A stretch of 64,000 bases of DNA. It comes from Deltaproteobacteria bacterium (GTDB taxonomy: Bacteria; Desulfobacterota_D; UBA1144; Nemesobacterales; CSP1-2). Below, piece by piece: positions 49,434 to 59,341 of the stretch (position 1 is the stretch's first letter; each line of letters starts with the position of its first letter). Under the pieces are notes generated by a model that made no database searches, had not been told where the DNA came from, and saw only the letters and a program-made list of their open reading frames with translations. The DNA is taken from the NCBI GenBank assembly GCA_052390235.1, contig JBQTHB010000002.1, positions 320,001 through 384,000 of the forward strand. Direction: 5' to 3'. The translations under genes and the position numbers were made by a program.

Positions 49434-50228
49434 ATGAAGCGGTTATTTACTCTAATTGGAATTGTGTTGGCTATAGGTTTTTATGCCGCCTGCGCTGGAG
49501 TGGATGTTGACACAAGCGAGCTGGCGTCTCTCGAGGAGCCGCCGTCGTCTGCGAATATCACCCCTGCTCCGTCGTCTGAAACTCCGGCCGGAACTGAAAC
49601 TGCGGCAAAGCCCCAAAGCCCTCCTTCCGCTCAAGCGGCGCAGTCCCAAGACCCTCAATTTACCGCCGGACTGTCCCTGTCCCAAATCACTCGGCTCGTG
49701 GAGTCGGAATTAAACAGAGCCGCCGCCGAGCAGGTTATATTTAACTCGCCACAGCAAATAGCAGTGGGCAGCAAGAAAAAGGTAGAGGTGCGAATCTCCA
49801 ACGCCCTAGCCGAGGACATTACAAAAGCTATACGCACTCAGAGGGGGGCAGAAGCCGAGGGGCTATCGGTGGTTGGCCCTAAAAAGGTGAGCCTCGCCGG
49901 CGAGGGGTTTGATATTCAGCCGCGAAATCCAGTAGCATCCGGGAATTTTACGCAGTGGGATTTCGACGTAACCCCCATGGAAATTGGAGAGAGAATCCTA
50001 TCGCTCGCCGTAACTGTGGCGGTTGCCGCTCCGAATGCGGCAGAGCAGGAGAGGACTTATAAGCTATTTGACAAGAAAATTAATGTGGCTGAGAAGGTGG
50101 AGTTCACCATAGGCGCTTTCCTCGAAAATTATCTGCTTTGGATTGTGAGCGTGATTATAATTGCCGCAGTCGCAGGGTATATCGCGCGTGAGCTTTATAA
50201 CGAGAGCAAGTCCGGGAAAGCGGCGTAG
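49434..50228 (+). CDS. Hypothetical lipoprotein with C-terminal TM helix
   Basis: YAAC lipobox, Pro/Ser/Ala linker, beta-rich domain, C-terminal TM. Confidence 0.7.
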   Translation: MKRLFTLIGIVLAIGFYAACAGVDVDTSELASLEEPPSSANITPAPSSETPAGTETAAKPQSPPSAQAAQSQDPQFTAGLSLSQITRLVESELNRAAAEQVIFNSPQQIAVGSKKKVEVRISNALAEDITKAIRTQRGAEAEGLSVVGPKKVSLAGEGFDIQPRNPVASGNFTQWDFDVTPMEIGERILSLAVTVAVAAPNAAEQERTYKLFDKKINVAEKVEFTIGAFLENYLLWIVSVIIIAAVAGYIARELYNESKSGKAA

Positions 50229-50346
50229 TGCGGGCGTGGATGGGGGTGGATTGAGGCAGAGTGGGGGGGTATTATCTTGAGGGGATGTTGCAATGGGCGC
50301 GGTAAATTTGTAAAATCTAGTTAACAGAGAATTAAGGAGGCAGCAA

Positions 50347-50802
50347 ATGGATCTAAAAAAAGTGATAGAGGGTTTAAATAAGGGGCTCTCTCTCGAATAT
50401 GCGAGCCTGATTCAGGGGCTTCAGCACAGCTTTCTCGTTCAGGGGCTATTCAGGGAGTCAATTTCTCCTATGCTCAGGGGCCATGCCGAGGAGTCGTTTA
50501 AGCACGCCAAGATGCTCGGCGATAAGATTGTCGCCCTAGGCGGGCTTCCCACGGTTGAACCCTCGACCGTGAGGCAGGCCTCAGACCTTACAGAGATGCT
50601 AAAGCAGGATTTGGAGCTCGCCTATGAGGTTTATAACCACTACGAGAGCGTGCTACTACTCGTGCAGGACGACACTCCTCTTCGCGTGATGATTGAAAAT
50701 CTCGTCGAGGCTGAAAAAGAGGACTGCGAAGAGCTTGAGAAGATCCTTGAGATGAAAACCATTAAAGTTAAAGACAAAGAGCTTAAGTTCAAAGCCAAGT
50801 AA
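50347..50802 (+). CDS. Bacterioferritin-like (ferritin superfamily) protein
   Basis: Four-helix pattern, KHAKMLGDKIVALGGLP; AAGGAGG RBS. Confidence 0.85.
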   Translation: MDLKKVIEGLNKGLSLEYASLIQGLQHSFLVQGLFRESISPMLRGHAEESFKHAKMLGDKIVALGGLPTVEPSTVRQASDLTEMLKQDLELAYEVYNHYESVLLLVQDDTPLRVMIENLVEAEKEDCEELEKILEMKTIKVKDKELKFKAK

Positions 50803-50809
50803 ATAAATA

Positions 50810-50840
50810 AGGGGGGCGCAAGCGAGCGTCCCCTCTCTTA
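50810..50840 (+). terminator. Hairpin terminator after ferritin-like gene
   Basis: GGGGGCGC..GCGTCCCC stem, pyrimidine tail. Confidence 0.5.
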
Positions 50841-50897
50841 CTAGCCGACTTTCGCTCATCTCATTCTGACTTTTTCGGCTTCCCTCAAAACGCTCTC

Positions 50898-51050
50898 ATA
50901 TAACTGGGTTTCCCCTGTAAACATACGGGAATGGCGGACTAATTAATAAAGGCTTAGTATTGAATTGGGGACTATTGACAGGACTACCTATGTCATATCA
51001 GACATTTCCCCGTGTGAGATACTACTTATATCTTTGTTAGCGGCAAGGCT
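50898..51050 (+). mobile_element. att-like recombination site preceding AT-rich gene
   Basis: ATATAAC(50898)..CATACGGGAATG / CATTTCCCCGTGTG inverted pair..GTTAGCGGC(51036). Confidence 0.45.
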
Positions 51051-51100
51051 TGGGCGACAGTGCGTCCCTCAACATTGTTGCATAAAACGCAGCAGGGACA

Positions 51101-52798
51101 ATGCAAACACAGACAGTAAACAAATTAATTCTTGGTGACAATCTTGAAACATTAAAACAACTGGACAGCGACACAGTTGACTTAATTTATCTTGACCCTC
51201 CATTTTTCAGCAACCGCAACTATGAAATTATTTGGGGTGACGAAGGTGAAGTCCGCAGTTTTCAAGACCGTTGGAGTGGAGGCATGGACCACTACATTGG
51301 TTGGCTCAAAGAACGAGTTGAGCAAATGCACCGAGTTCTAAAATCAACTGGAACAATTTTTCTGCATTGCGACTGGCATGCAAACGCATACATCAGAACA
51401 GAAATTCTTGATAAAATTTTTGGAATGCAAAATTTTAGAAATGAAATTGTATGGAAGAGAGCTGAAACTGTAAAAGGAAACTTCGGACAAGGAAAAAAAT
51501 CTCTTGACTATAACACAGACACAATTTTCTTTTATTCAAAATCACATACATCAATTTTTGTTCAACCCTTTAAAAAATATGAAGAAGAATATTTAGATGC
51601 GTTTTACAAGTATGAAGAACCAGACGGTAGAAAATATAGATTGATCAGTATGATTGGTCCTGGAGGTGAATCAAAAGGAAATCCAAAATATGAATTTATG
51701 GGAGTTACAAAGTTTTGGCGTTACTCAAAAATCAAAATGCAAGAACTTTTCGAACAGGGAATGATTGTTCAAACAAATCCTGGCACTGTTCCACAACGCA
51801 AGCAATATTTAGATGAAGGCATAGGAGTAGCAGTTCAAAATTTATGGGACGACATTTTTGCTTTAGGTGCTTCATCAAAAGAGGCAATCGGCTACCCCAC
51901 GCAAAAACCCGAAGCACTTTTAGAAAGAATTATTAAAATGGCAACTAACGAAAACGATTTAGTTCTTGACCTTTTTGTTGGTGGTGGGACAACGGTAGCC
52001 GTTGCTGACAAACTTCAACGCAGATGGATTGGCATTGACCAATCAGTGCAAGCTGTAAAGGTTACAGAGTTCCGCTTGAACAATCAGCAAGATTTATTCA
52101 GCAAACCTTTTATTGTTCAACTTCACAAATACGACTACGACACACTTCGTTACAAAGATGCTTTTGAATTTGAGAGTTGGATAGTTCAACAATATGGCGG
52201 CACATCAAACACAAAACAACGCAACGACTTTGGCTTAGACGGTAAGACAAACGACAACACACCAATACAAGTAAAGAGAAGTGACGGCATTGGAAGAAAT
52301 GTGATTGACAATTTTCTTTCAGCCGTTCAGCGGAGCGACAAAAAACTTTTTGAAAAAAATAAAGCAGGAATGAAGCCTTGCGGCTTCATCATTGCTTTTT
52401 CTTTCGGTAAAGGTGCGGTTGAGGAAGTTGCCCGACTTAAAAACAAAGACGGCATTATTATAAAACTTATTGAAGTTGCCGACATCGTTCCGATTGCAAA
52501 AAAGCCGACAATAAAAGTGGATGTTCAGGAAGCAGGTAGGGACAAAAAGAAAATTAGAGAAATAGAATTTGTTGCAGTTGGTGAGAGCGCCGCAGGCATT
52601 GAGTTTTACGCTTGGGACTTTGATTATAAAGCAGACACAGGTTTTAAACCAACTGTGATCATTGACAAGCAAGGCAAGCAAACTCATAAGTTCAAGCCAG
52701 GACTTCACAACATCGCAGTTAAAGTCGTGGACAATGACGGACTTGATAATATTGAAATCATTAAATTAAAAGTGAACGGAACAATTGAAAGGAGTTAG
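51101..52798 (+). CDS. Beta-class N6/N4 DNA methyltransferase fused to Mrr-like PD-(D/E)xK domain and PKD-like tail
   Basis: DPPF then YPTQKP, DLFVGGGTT; FEFESW..DFGLDG..PIQVK; visibly AT-rich. Confidence 0.88.
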   Translation: MQTQTVNKLILGDNLETLKQLDSDTVDLIYLDPPFFSNRNYEIIWGDEGEVRSFQDRWSGGMDHYIGWLKERVEQMHRVLKSTGTIFLHCDWHANAYIRTEILDKIFGMQNFRNEIVWKRAETVKGNFGQGKKSLDYNTDTIFFYSKSHTSIFVQPFKKYEEEYLDAFYKYEEPDGRKYRLISMIGPGGESKGNPKYEFMGVTKFWRYSKIKMQELFEQGMIVQTNPGTVPQRKQYLDEGIGVAVQNLWDDIFALGASSKEAIGYPTQKPEALLERIIKMATNENDLVLDLFVGGGTTVAVADKLQRRWIGIDQSVQAVKVTEFRLNNQQDLFSKPFIVQLHKYDYDTLRYKDAFEFESWIVQQYGGTSNTKQRNDFGLDGKTNDNTPIQVKRSDGIGRNVIDNFLSAVQRSDKKLFEKNKAGMKPCGFIIAFSFGKGAVEEVARLKNKDGIIIKLIEVADIVPIAKKPTIKVDVQEAGRDKKKIREIEFVAVGESAAGIEFYAWDFDYKADTGFKPTVIIDKQGKQTHKFKPGLHNIAVKVVDNDGLDNIEIIKLKVNGTIERS

Positions 52799-52914
52799 TC
52801 GCTTTTATTTACCTTCGTGCTAACATGGAACGACACACTTTCACAGAGAGAAGTAGCCCAGCCGTAAGCCCCGGCTCGTTAATCGTTATGGCAACCATGA
52901 GCCTTTCAGGGATT

Positions 52915-53202
52915 CTACAAAGCGGGGAAGCTGATTACTCTCCTCTGCGCCAGCACGTCGCCATCTGTAATCAGGGTTGTTTTAATCGGTAAGTCGGCTC
53001 TCGAGAGTACCTTGGCAAGCGCTTTAGCCTGCAGGCTATCCACGGCTAGGGTCTTCTGCACGTACCATCCAATGCCCTCGCCGAAGCTCAGGAGGCGTAT
53101 CTCGTAACCCGCTCCGGCTTCGTTTTCAACCGCTACAACCTCGATGATTTCATCTCTTTGCTCTGCGCGGATGCTTCCAACTAAGGCTTGGTTTCCAATC
53201 AT
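52915..53202 (-). CDS. Hypothetical protein
   Basis: AGAGGGA RBS, 95 aa ORF in otherwise empty interval. Confidence 0.5.
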   Translation of the reverse strand: MIGNQALVGSIRAEQRDEIIEVVAVENEAGAGYEIRLLSFGEGIGWYVQKTLAVDSLQAKALAKVLSRADLPIKTTLITDGDVLAQRRVISFPAL

Positions 53203-53361
53203 GATTCCCTCTTGTTCCTCGTAAGCGAGTCTAATCTATCGGATTATTGAAACCCAATGTCAATTTCACCATACAGCCGCTAGTTTGTCAATATGGATAT
53301 CAAATGTCCAGATAAAATAGCAGGGATTTGAAAAATGGCAACTTCAGATTAGTATTTAAGA

Positions 53362-54453
53362 ATGAAACCTTACGCCCTAATCCTTGCCGGCGGCGAGGGG
53401 AAGAGGTTTTGGCCCCTGAGCAGAAAATCAAAGCCGAAACAGTTTCTGACCCTCTTCGGCGGAAAATCTCTCATCAGCCACACGGTTGAAAGAATCCTCC
53501 CCGTCGTGCCTATTGAAAACATATTCGTCGTAACCCTTGATAGGTACGCCGAACAGACCCTTGCGCACCTCCCCAAGCTCCCTCCCGCCAATCTCGTGCT
53601 TGAGCCTGCGGGCAGGAACACCGCTCCGGCTATTGCCGTGGGGACGCTTAAAATCAGAAACATCGAGCCGGACGCGGTTACGATAGTTCTCCCCGCAGAC
53701 CACGCCATCGGCGATGAAGATGGGTACAGGCGCGCTATTGTCTATGCCGCCAAAGTCGCCTCCGAGGGGGTTGCAGGCTCCGCACCGCCGCTCGTAACTC
53801 TGGGGGTTCAGCCCTTGAGACCCGAAACCGGATATGGATACATAAAGAGTGGGAGAGTATTGTATGGGCGCGGTAAATATCAGGTTCGAGAGGTTCTTGA
53901 GTTTACCGAGAAGCCCGATATTAAGACCGCGTCGGATTTTCTCAGGCAGGGTGGGTATTACTGGAACAGCGGGATTTTCATCTGGCGCGCTGATGTAATT
54001 CTCCAAGCTTTTGCCGCGCTTGCCCCCGGCTGGTCTCAACCGCTTGATTCTGTAGCGGGGGATTTAAATTCGGGGCGCGAGGGCGGGGCGCTTGCCGATT
54101 TCTACAGGGGCGTAGAATCCGCGCCAATTGATAAGTTGATTCTCGAGCGCTGGGGGAATACGACTGTGATACCGGTGGATTTTCAGTGGAGCGATATTGG
54201 AAGCTGGGAGTCGCTCGATGAATTCCTCAGGGAGAGGGGGGGAGAGGGGAACGTGTGCTTCGGCGATGTTGCGGCGGTGCAGTCATCGGGGTGTCTAGTG
54301 CTTGGAGACGGCAGGAGGGTTATTGCAATGGTCGGCGTGCAGGATTTAGTGGTGGTAGAGGCTGAGGACGCGATTCTAATACTCGATAAGAGGCGGTCTC
54401 AGGATATTAGAAAGTTAGTTGAAGAGCTTGAGAAGGGGAATAAATACACCTGA
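53362..54453 (+). CDS. manC: Mannose-1-phosphate guanylyltransferase
   Basis: ILAGGEGKRFWPLSR..PKQF, EPAGRNTAPA, ETGYGYI, WNSGIF, WSDIGSW. Confidence 0.93.
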   Translation: MKPYALILAGGEGKRFWPLSRKSKPKQFLTLFGGKSLISHTVERILPVVPIENIFVVTLDRYAEQTLAHLPKLPPANLVLEPAGRNTAPAIAVGTLKIRNIEPDAVTIVLPADHAIGDEDGYRRAIVYAAKVASEGVAGSAPPLVTLGVQPLRPETGYGYIKSGRVLYGRGKYQVREVLEFTEKPDIKTASDFLRQGGYYWNSGIFIWRADVILQAFAALAPGWSQPLDSVAGDLNSGREGGALADFYRGVESAPIDKLILERWGNTTVIPVDFQWSDIGSWESLDEFLRERGGEGNVCFGDVAAVQSSGCLVLGDGRRVIAMVGVQDLVVVEAEDAILILDKRRSQDIRKLVEELEKGNKYT

Positions 54454-54465
54454 TTTTGCAAAATT

Positions 54466-55101
54466 TTGGGGTTCGGTGCGCTCAAATTGCAGAATATAAG
54501 AGAAGGGATTTTATTTGTAATTTCTGGGCCCTCAGGGAGCGGAAAGACTACTCTGGCAAAACAGGTTGTCCCGAAGCTTGGGAATCTTAAATTCTCCGTG
54601 TCCTGCACGACGAGACCCCCTAGGGCGGGCGAGATTGATGGGGTTGACTACAGATTCGTCTCCGAGGGCGAATTTGATTCGATGGCGCAAAACGGGGAAT
54701 TTGCCGAGTGGGCTTACGTCCATGGGAACCGCTACGGCACGCCCCTTGAAGAGCTTCGCAAATCCGTGTCTCTTGGGGTTGACCTCGCGCTTGACATTGA
54801 CGCGCAGGGGGCCAAAGCTCTGCGCGACAGGTTCACAGGGGGCGTATATATATTTATTAGTCCGCCCACGATGACCGTGCTTGAAGAGAGGCTCACATCG
54901 AGGAAAACAGACTCGCCTCTGGTGATAATCCAGAGGTTAGAGAACGCAAAGAGGGAGATGCGAGAGGTGAAATTCTATGATTATATTATAATTAATGACG
55001 CCCTCGGCGAGGCGCTTGCCGACCTTGAGTCCGTGATTCGCGCTAAGAGGTGCAGAACACACAGGGTCATAAAACGCCTCACCGAAGGCTTTTGGAAATA
55101 A
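54466..55101 (+). CDS. gmk: Guanylate kinase (start uncertain)
   Basis: GPSGSGKT, TTRPPR.GE.DGVDY, YGT. Confidence 0.95.
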   Translation: MGFGALKLQNIREGILFVISGPSGSGKTTLAKQVVPKLGNLKFSVSCTTRPPRAGEIDGVDYRFVSEGEFDSMAQNGEFAEWAYVHGNRYGTPLEELRKSVSLGVDLALDIDAQGAKALRDRFTGGVYIFISPPTMTVLEERLTSRKTDSPLVIIQRLENAKREMREVKFYDYIIINDALGEALADLESVIRAKRCRTHRVIKRLTEGFWK

Positions 55102-55106
55102 CCACA

Positions 55107-57272
55107 ATGCTGAGACTCAACGATATTGTCGAAAAAGTAACGTCTTATCTGTATCTGCCGGAGTCCGACGTTGAAACCATCAAACGCGCCTACGTCTATT
55201 CGGCAATGGTTCACGCTGACCAAAAGAGAAGCTCAGGAGAGCCGTACCTAAGCCACCCGCTTGAGGTCTGCGGCATTCTCGCGGATTTAAAGCTCGATGT
55301 GCCGTCCATTGTAACCGGACTCCTCCACGACACAGTGGAAGACACGCTGGCAACTATGTCGGAAATTGAGTCCATGTTTGGCAGGGAAGTATCCGCCCTA
55401 GTTGATGGGGTTACCAAGATAAGCCAGCTCCCCTTTTCAACGAAATTAGACGAACAGGCTGAAAATTTCAGGAAATTAATCCTCGCCACCGCCAGAGACA
55501 TCCGCGTTATATTGGTGAAACTCGCCGACAGGCTTCACAACATGCGCACCCTCGAATCCCTCAGCGCCGAGCGGCAGAAGAGAATCTCCAAGGAGACCTC
55601 TGAGATATTCGCCCCGCTTGCCTACAGGCTTGGGATTTACTGGATGGGGACGGAGCTAGAGGACTTATCGTTTCGGTATCTGAACCCAGAGGAGTATTCG
55701 AGGATTTTAAAGCTCGTCGCCAAGCGCAAAAAAGAGTGGGAGAAGTACGTCGAGGAGGTCAGGGGGATACTCCGCGCAAAGCTCGCCGAATTCAGCATAA
55801 ATGCGGACATCACTGGCAGGCTCAAGCACATCTACGGGATTTACAGCAAGATGCAGTCGCAAAACATCGAATTTGACAAGGTCTATGACGTTACCGCTTT
55901 TCGCATTATCACCCCGTCGCTCAAGGAATGTTACGAGGCTCTCGGAGCTGTTCACTCGAGCTGGAAGCCCGTTCCCGGCAGGTTTAAAGACTATATTGCT
56001 CTTCCCAAGGGTAACGGCTATCAGTCCCTCCACACGACGGTTATTGGTCCCTTTAACCAGAGGATGGAGGTGCAAATCCGCACCAATAAAATGCACGAGG
56101 TTGCCGAGTATGGGGTTGCTGCGCATTGGAAGTATAAGCACTCGGACAGCGACAACGGCGATAATTACAAAATTTATGCCACGCTCAGACAGCTACTTGA
56201 GTGGAAGGACATAAAAGACCCCACGGACTTTCTCGATGCCATCAAAGGGGAACTCATCGAGAACTCGGTCTATGTGTTTACCCCGAATGCGGATTTAAAA
56301 GAGATGCCGGCAGGTTCTACGCCTGTGGATTTCGCCTATGCCGTTCACACCGAGGTGGGAAACCACTGCGCCAGGGCGACGGTCAATGACAAAATCGTGC
56401 CGCTCGACCATAAACTAAGGAGCGGGGATACAGTAAAAATCACCACATTAGCCGATAAGAACCCAAGCCGTGATTGGCTCAAATTCACAGTCTCATCGCG
56501 CGCCAAGGCTAAGATCCGAGCCTGGTTCAGGGGCGAGGAAATCACTCAATCAAAACTCATAGGGAAGTCAATTTGCGAGAGAAAATTCAAGCAAAGCGGG
56601 CTTGATTTTCCGGCTATGCTCAGGTCAGGAGACCTTGACGCCCCTCTTGCCCAGCTCAAGGTCAAAGACGCAGATGAGTTTTATCTCAGCGTAGGATACG
56701 GAAAACTCTCAGTCGCCGATTTGCTCAAGCTCGTCCTCTCAAAGGAGAAAATCGAGCCGACTCCTGAGAAGCAGTCCCGCATTCAGAGGATCATTAAAAA
56801 CCTGACCCGCTCTACCAAAAACGGCGTTTTGGTCAAAGGCTCAGGCGATGTGCTGATTCGCTTTGCCCACTGCTGCTCCCCAATTCCCGGAGAGGATATT
56901 CTCGGATACATCACGCGCGGCAGGGGCGTAACCATACACAAGCACAACTGCCAGGAAGTGCTGAGCATTGACCCGGAGCGCAGAATTGAAGCCGTATGGG
57001 ACAGGGATTTCAAGGGACAGCGGCCGGCAAAAATCATCGTCGTCTGCAATGACCGCCCCGGAATGCTCTCGAGCATCACCAAATCAATAGCCTCGTCCGA
57101 GGTCAATATCACTAAGGCTGAGGTTCACTCGACGGACGTTGAGAGGTCTATTGGCACGTTTGAGATTTCCGTGTCCGACTTAGGACAGCTCGAGGGGATA
57201 ATGAACTCGATTAAGCGCGTAAAGGGCGTTATCTCGGTAGAGAGGATTCTCGCTGGAGAATCGGCAGACTGA
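55107..57272 (+). CDS. relA: Bifunctional (p)ppGpp synthetase/hydrolase (Rel/SpoT)
   Basis: LHDTVEDT HD domain, YQSLHT, EVQIRT, TGS, CCSP, ACT. Confidence 0.95.
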   Translation: MLRLNDIVEKVTSYLYLPESDVETIKRAYVYSAMVHADQKRSSGEPYLSHPLEVCGILADLKLDVPSIVTGLLHDTVEDTLATMSEIESMFGREVSALVDGVTKISQLPFSTKLDEQAENFRKLILATARDIRVILVKLADRLHNMRTLESLSAERQKRISKETSEIFAPLAYRLGIYWMGTELEDLSFRYLNPEEYSRILKLVAKRKKEWEKYVEEVRGILRAKLAEFSINADITGRLKHIYGIYSKMQSQNIEFDKVYDVTAFRIITPSLKECYEALGAVHSSWKPVPGRFKDYIALPKGNGYQSLHTTVIGPFNQRMEVQIRTNKMHEVAEYGVAAHWKYKHSDSDNGDNYKIYATLRQLLEWKDIKDPTDFLDAIKGELIENSVYVFTPNADLKEMPAGSTPVDFAYAVHTEVGNHCARATVNDKIVPLDHKLRSGDTVKITTLADKNPSRDWLKFTVSSRAKAKIRAWFRGEEITQSKLIGKSICERKFKQSGLDFPAMLRSGDLDAPLAQLKVKDADEFYLSVGYGKLSVADLLKLVLSKEKIEPTPEKQSRIQRIIKNLTRSTKNGVLVKGSGDVLIRFAHCCSPIPGEDILGYITRGRGVTIHKHNCQEVLSIDPERRIEAVWDRDFKGQRPAKIIVVCNDRPGMLSSITKSIASSEVNITKAEVHSTDVERSIGTFEISVSDLGQLEGIMNSIKRVKGVISVERILAGESAD

Positions 57273-57451
57273 TACTCTGGATTATCCCCAGCCCCCGCTC
57301 CTAGAGCCAGATGCCTAAGGGCTTCAGCCCGAACTAATGTCAAGCGGGGACGCCCAAATCCCCTCGAAAACTGCGGAAATAATACCTCTCTGCTGAATCC
57401 TAGAGGCTCAATTGAAACAGCCCCGAGAGCCGTATATACTCAAGTCCCAAG

Positions 57452-58393
57452 ATGATAGAGCAATATTTCTCAAGCAATAAGAAAAAAACCCAAGAACTAA
57501 TAGCCCAAGCCAGATATGCCCTCAAGGGGGCTGGCTCGACACTGGAGCCTCAAACCGAGGATCTCATTAAAGCCAGAATCCGCGAAGCCGAAGAAGCCCT
57601 AGCCAACGCCAACGCCAAATATCTGTCGGCGAAATCCTCGGAACTCGAAACGGTGGTAAATGAGCATCTCGCGCGTTTCCTCAAGCCCGTAAAATCCAAG
57701 CTGAGGCAGAACGTTGAGTCCTTCGCCGTGGCGATACTGCTTGCCCTTTTTATTCGTGAATTTATCGTTCAGCCCTTTAAAATCCCCTCTGGCTCGATGA
57801 TTCCCACGCTTCTCGTAGGCGATCATCTCCTCGTAACTAAATTCTCTTATGGCACGAAACTCCCGTTTACGGATATGCAAATTCTCCCGGCTACGGGCGA
57901 GATGAAGCGCGGAGACGTTGTCGTGTTTGTCTATCCGAATTACGAAAAAGAGCCTTCGAGAGAGGGGATTTACTACATAAAGCGCATCGTTGGGCTTCCC
58001 GGAGATGGGATTAATATAGACGGCAGGCGGCTTCTTATAAACGGCAGGGCGATTCCCTTTGAATTCGAGGGCAACTACACTGACGACAGAACAGGCGAGA
58101 GCTACGACGAGTACGATGAGAACCTCGCCGGGAAGCATCATAATGCCATTTACCGCAGAGGCAAAGAGGACACCGAGAGGGGAAGCTACATCCCTCTTGA
58201 GAGAGTGCCGGAGGGGTCGGTGTTCGTAATGGGCGACAACCGCGACAATAGCCAAGACAGCCGATTCTGGGGATTCGTCCCGATAGAGAACATAGCGGGC
58301 AAGGCGTTTATCGTGCATTGGTCGTGGAATCTCGACAACGGCAGTATCGCTAATAAAGTCAGGTGGGACAGGATTCTGTCGCTAATTAAGTAA
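57452..58393 (+). CDS. lepB: Signal peptidase I
   Basis: IPSGSMIPTL, YIKRIVG, GDNRDNSQDSR. Confidence 0.95.
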   Translation: MIEQYFSSNKKKTQELIAQARYALKGAGSTLEPQTEDLIKARIREAEEALANANAKYLSAKSSELETVVNEHLARFLKPVKSKLRQNVESFAVAILLALFIREFIVQPFKIPSGSMIPTLLVGDHLLVTKFSYGTKLPFTDMQILPATGEMKRGDVVVFVYPNYEKEPSREGIYYIKRIVGLPGDGINIDGRRLLINGRAIPFEFEGNYTDDRTGESYDEYDENLAGKHHNAIYRRGKEDTERGSYIPLERVPEGSVFVMGDNRDNSQDSRFWGFVPIENIAGKAFIVHWSWNLDNGSIANKVRWDRILSLIK

Positions 58394-58414
58394 TTACATA
58401 GAGGAGGTGAGGGG

Positions 58415-58762
58415 ATGGGCTTCAAGTCTCTGTTGTGGATATTAGTTCTAGCCGCCGCTCTTTACGTCGCTTTTCAGGCGGGCCCAATACTCTATAAAGG
58501 CACTCTGGGCATCAGAGGGGTGTGCAAGGAATACGCCGACCAGTACAAAAAATACGGCAGGGAGTATATTTATAAGCGCATTACCGAGAGCCTAGATGAA
58601 AAGGGAATTCCGGCTGACAACAGGGATTTCACCGTCAACATAACCGAAAAAAGCGTCGTTATCGAGATATTCTACAGCGATACGGCAGACTTTTTCGGCA
58701 GATACGAGAAGACCTTCGACTTCAGCTACGAGTGCGAGGGAGAGCTAAAGAGCGTCTATTAA
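58415..58762 (+). CDS. Small N-terminally anchored protein (DUF4845-like position after lepB)
   Basis: GGAGG RBS, single N-terminal TM. Confidence 0.65.
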   Translation: MGFKSLLWILVLAAALYVAFQAGPILYKGTLGIRGVCKEYADQYKKYGREYIYKRITESLDEKGIPADNRDFTVNITEKSVVIEIFYSDTADFFGRYEKTFDFSYECEGELKSVY

Positions 58763-58789
58763 ACAGACAGAGCGGGGCTGAGAGAACAG

Positions 58790-59341
58790 ATGACCGATAA
58801 ACTCCTTATGGACCCAGAGACTATATCGCGCTCGATTTCGAGAATGGCAACCGAAATTCTGGAGCGAAACCGCGGCGCAGGCGAGCTTCTCGTCATAGGC
58901 GTGAGAACGCGCGGAATCCACATTGCCGAGAGAATAGTCAATAAAATCGCCGAGTTCGAGGGCGTAACCCCCCCGCTTGGAACGCTCGATATAACGCTCT
59001 ACAGAGACGATTTTAGGCGAAAATCCGACTGGCCGCAGGTGCAAAAAACCCATATTCCCTTCTCCGTCGAGGATAAATGCGTCATACTCGTTGACGACGT
59101 TCTCTACACCGGGCGCACCACTAGGGCGGCGATAGAGGTCATTATGGACTACGGCAGACCCTCCTCCATTCAGCTTGCGGTGCTTGTTGACCGCCGGGGA
59201 CACAGAGAACTTCCCATTCAAGCCGATTACGCTGGAAACAAGGCGGCGACAATAAAATCCGAGCAGGTGAGAGTGCTGCTTCGCGAGGCGGACGGCGAGG
59301 ACGGGGTTTATATTCAGGAAAATAAGGACGCTTTAAAATGA
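58790..59341 (+). CDS. pyrR: Pyrimidine operon regulator/UPRTase
   Basis: [26 protein letters not shown]. Confidence 0.96.
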   Translation: MTDKLLMDPETISRSISRMATEILERNRGAGELLVIGVRTRGIHIAERIVNKIAEFEGVTPPLGTLDITLYRDDFRRKSDWPQVQKTHIPFSVEDKCVILVDDVLYTGRTTRAAIEVIMDYGRPSSIQLAVLVDRRGHRELPIQADYAGNKAATIKSEQVRVLLREADGEDGVYIQENKDALK

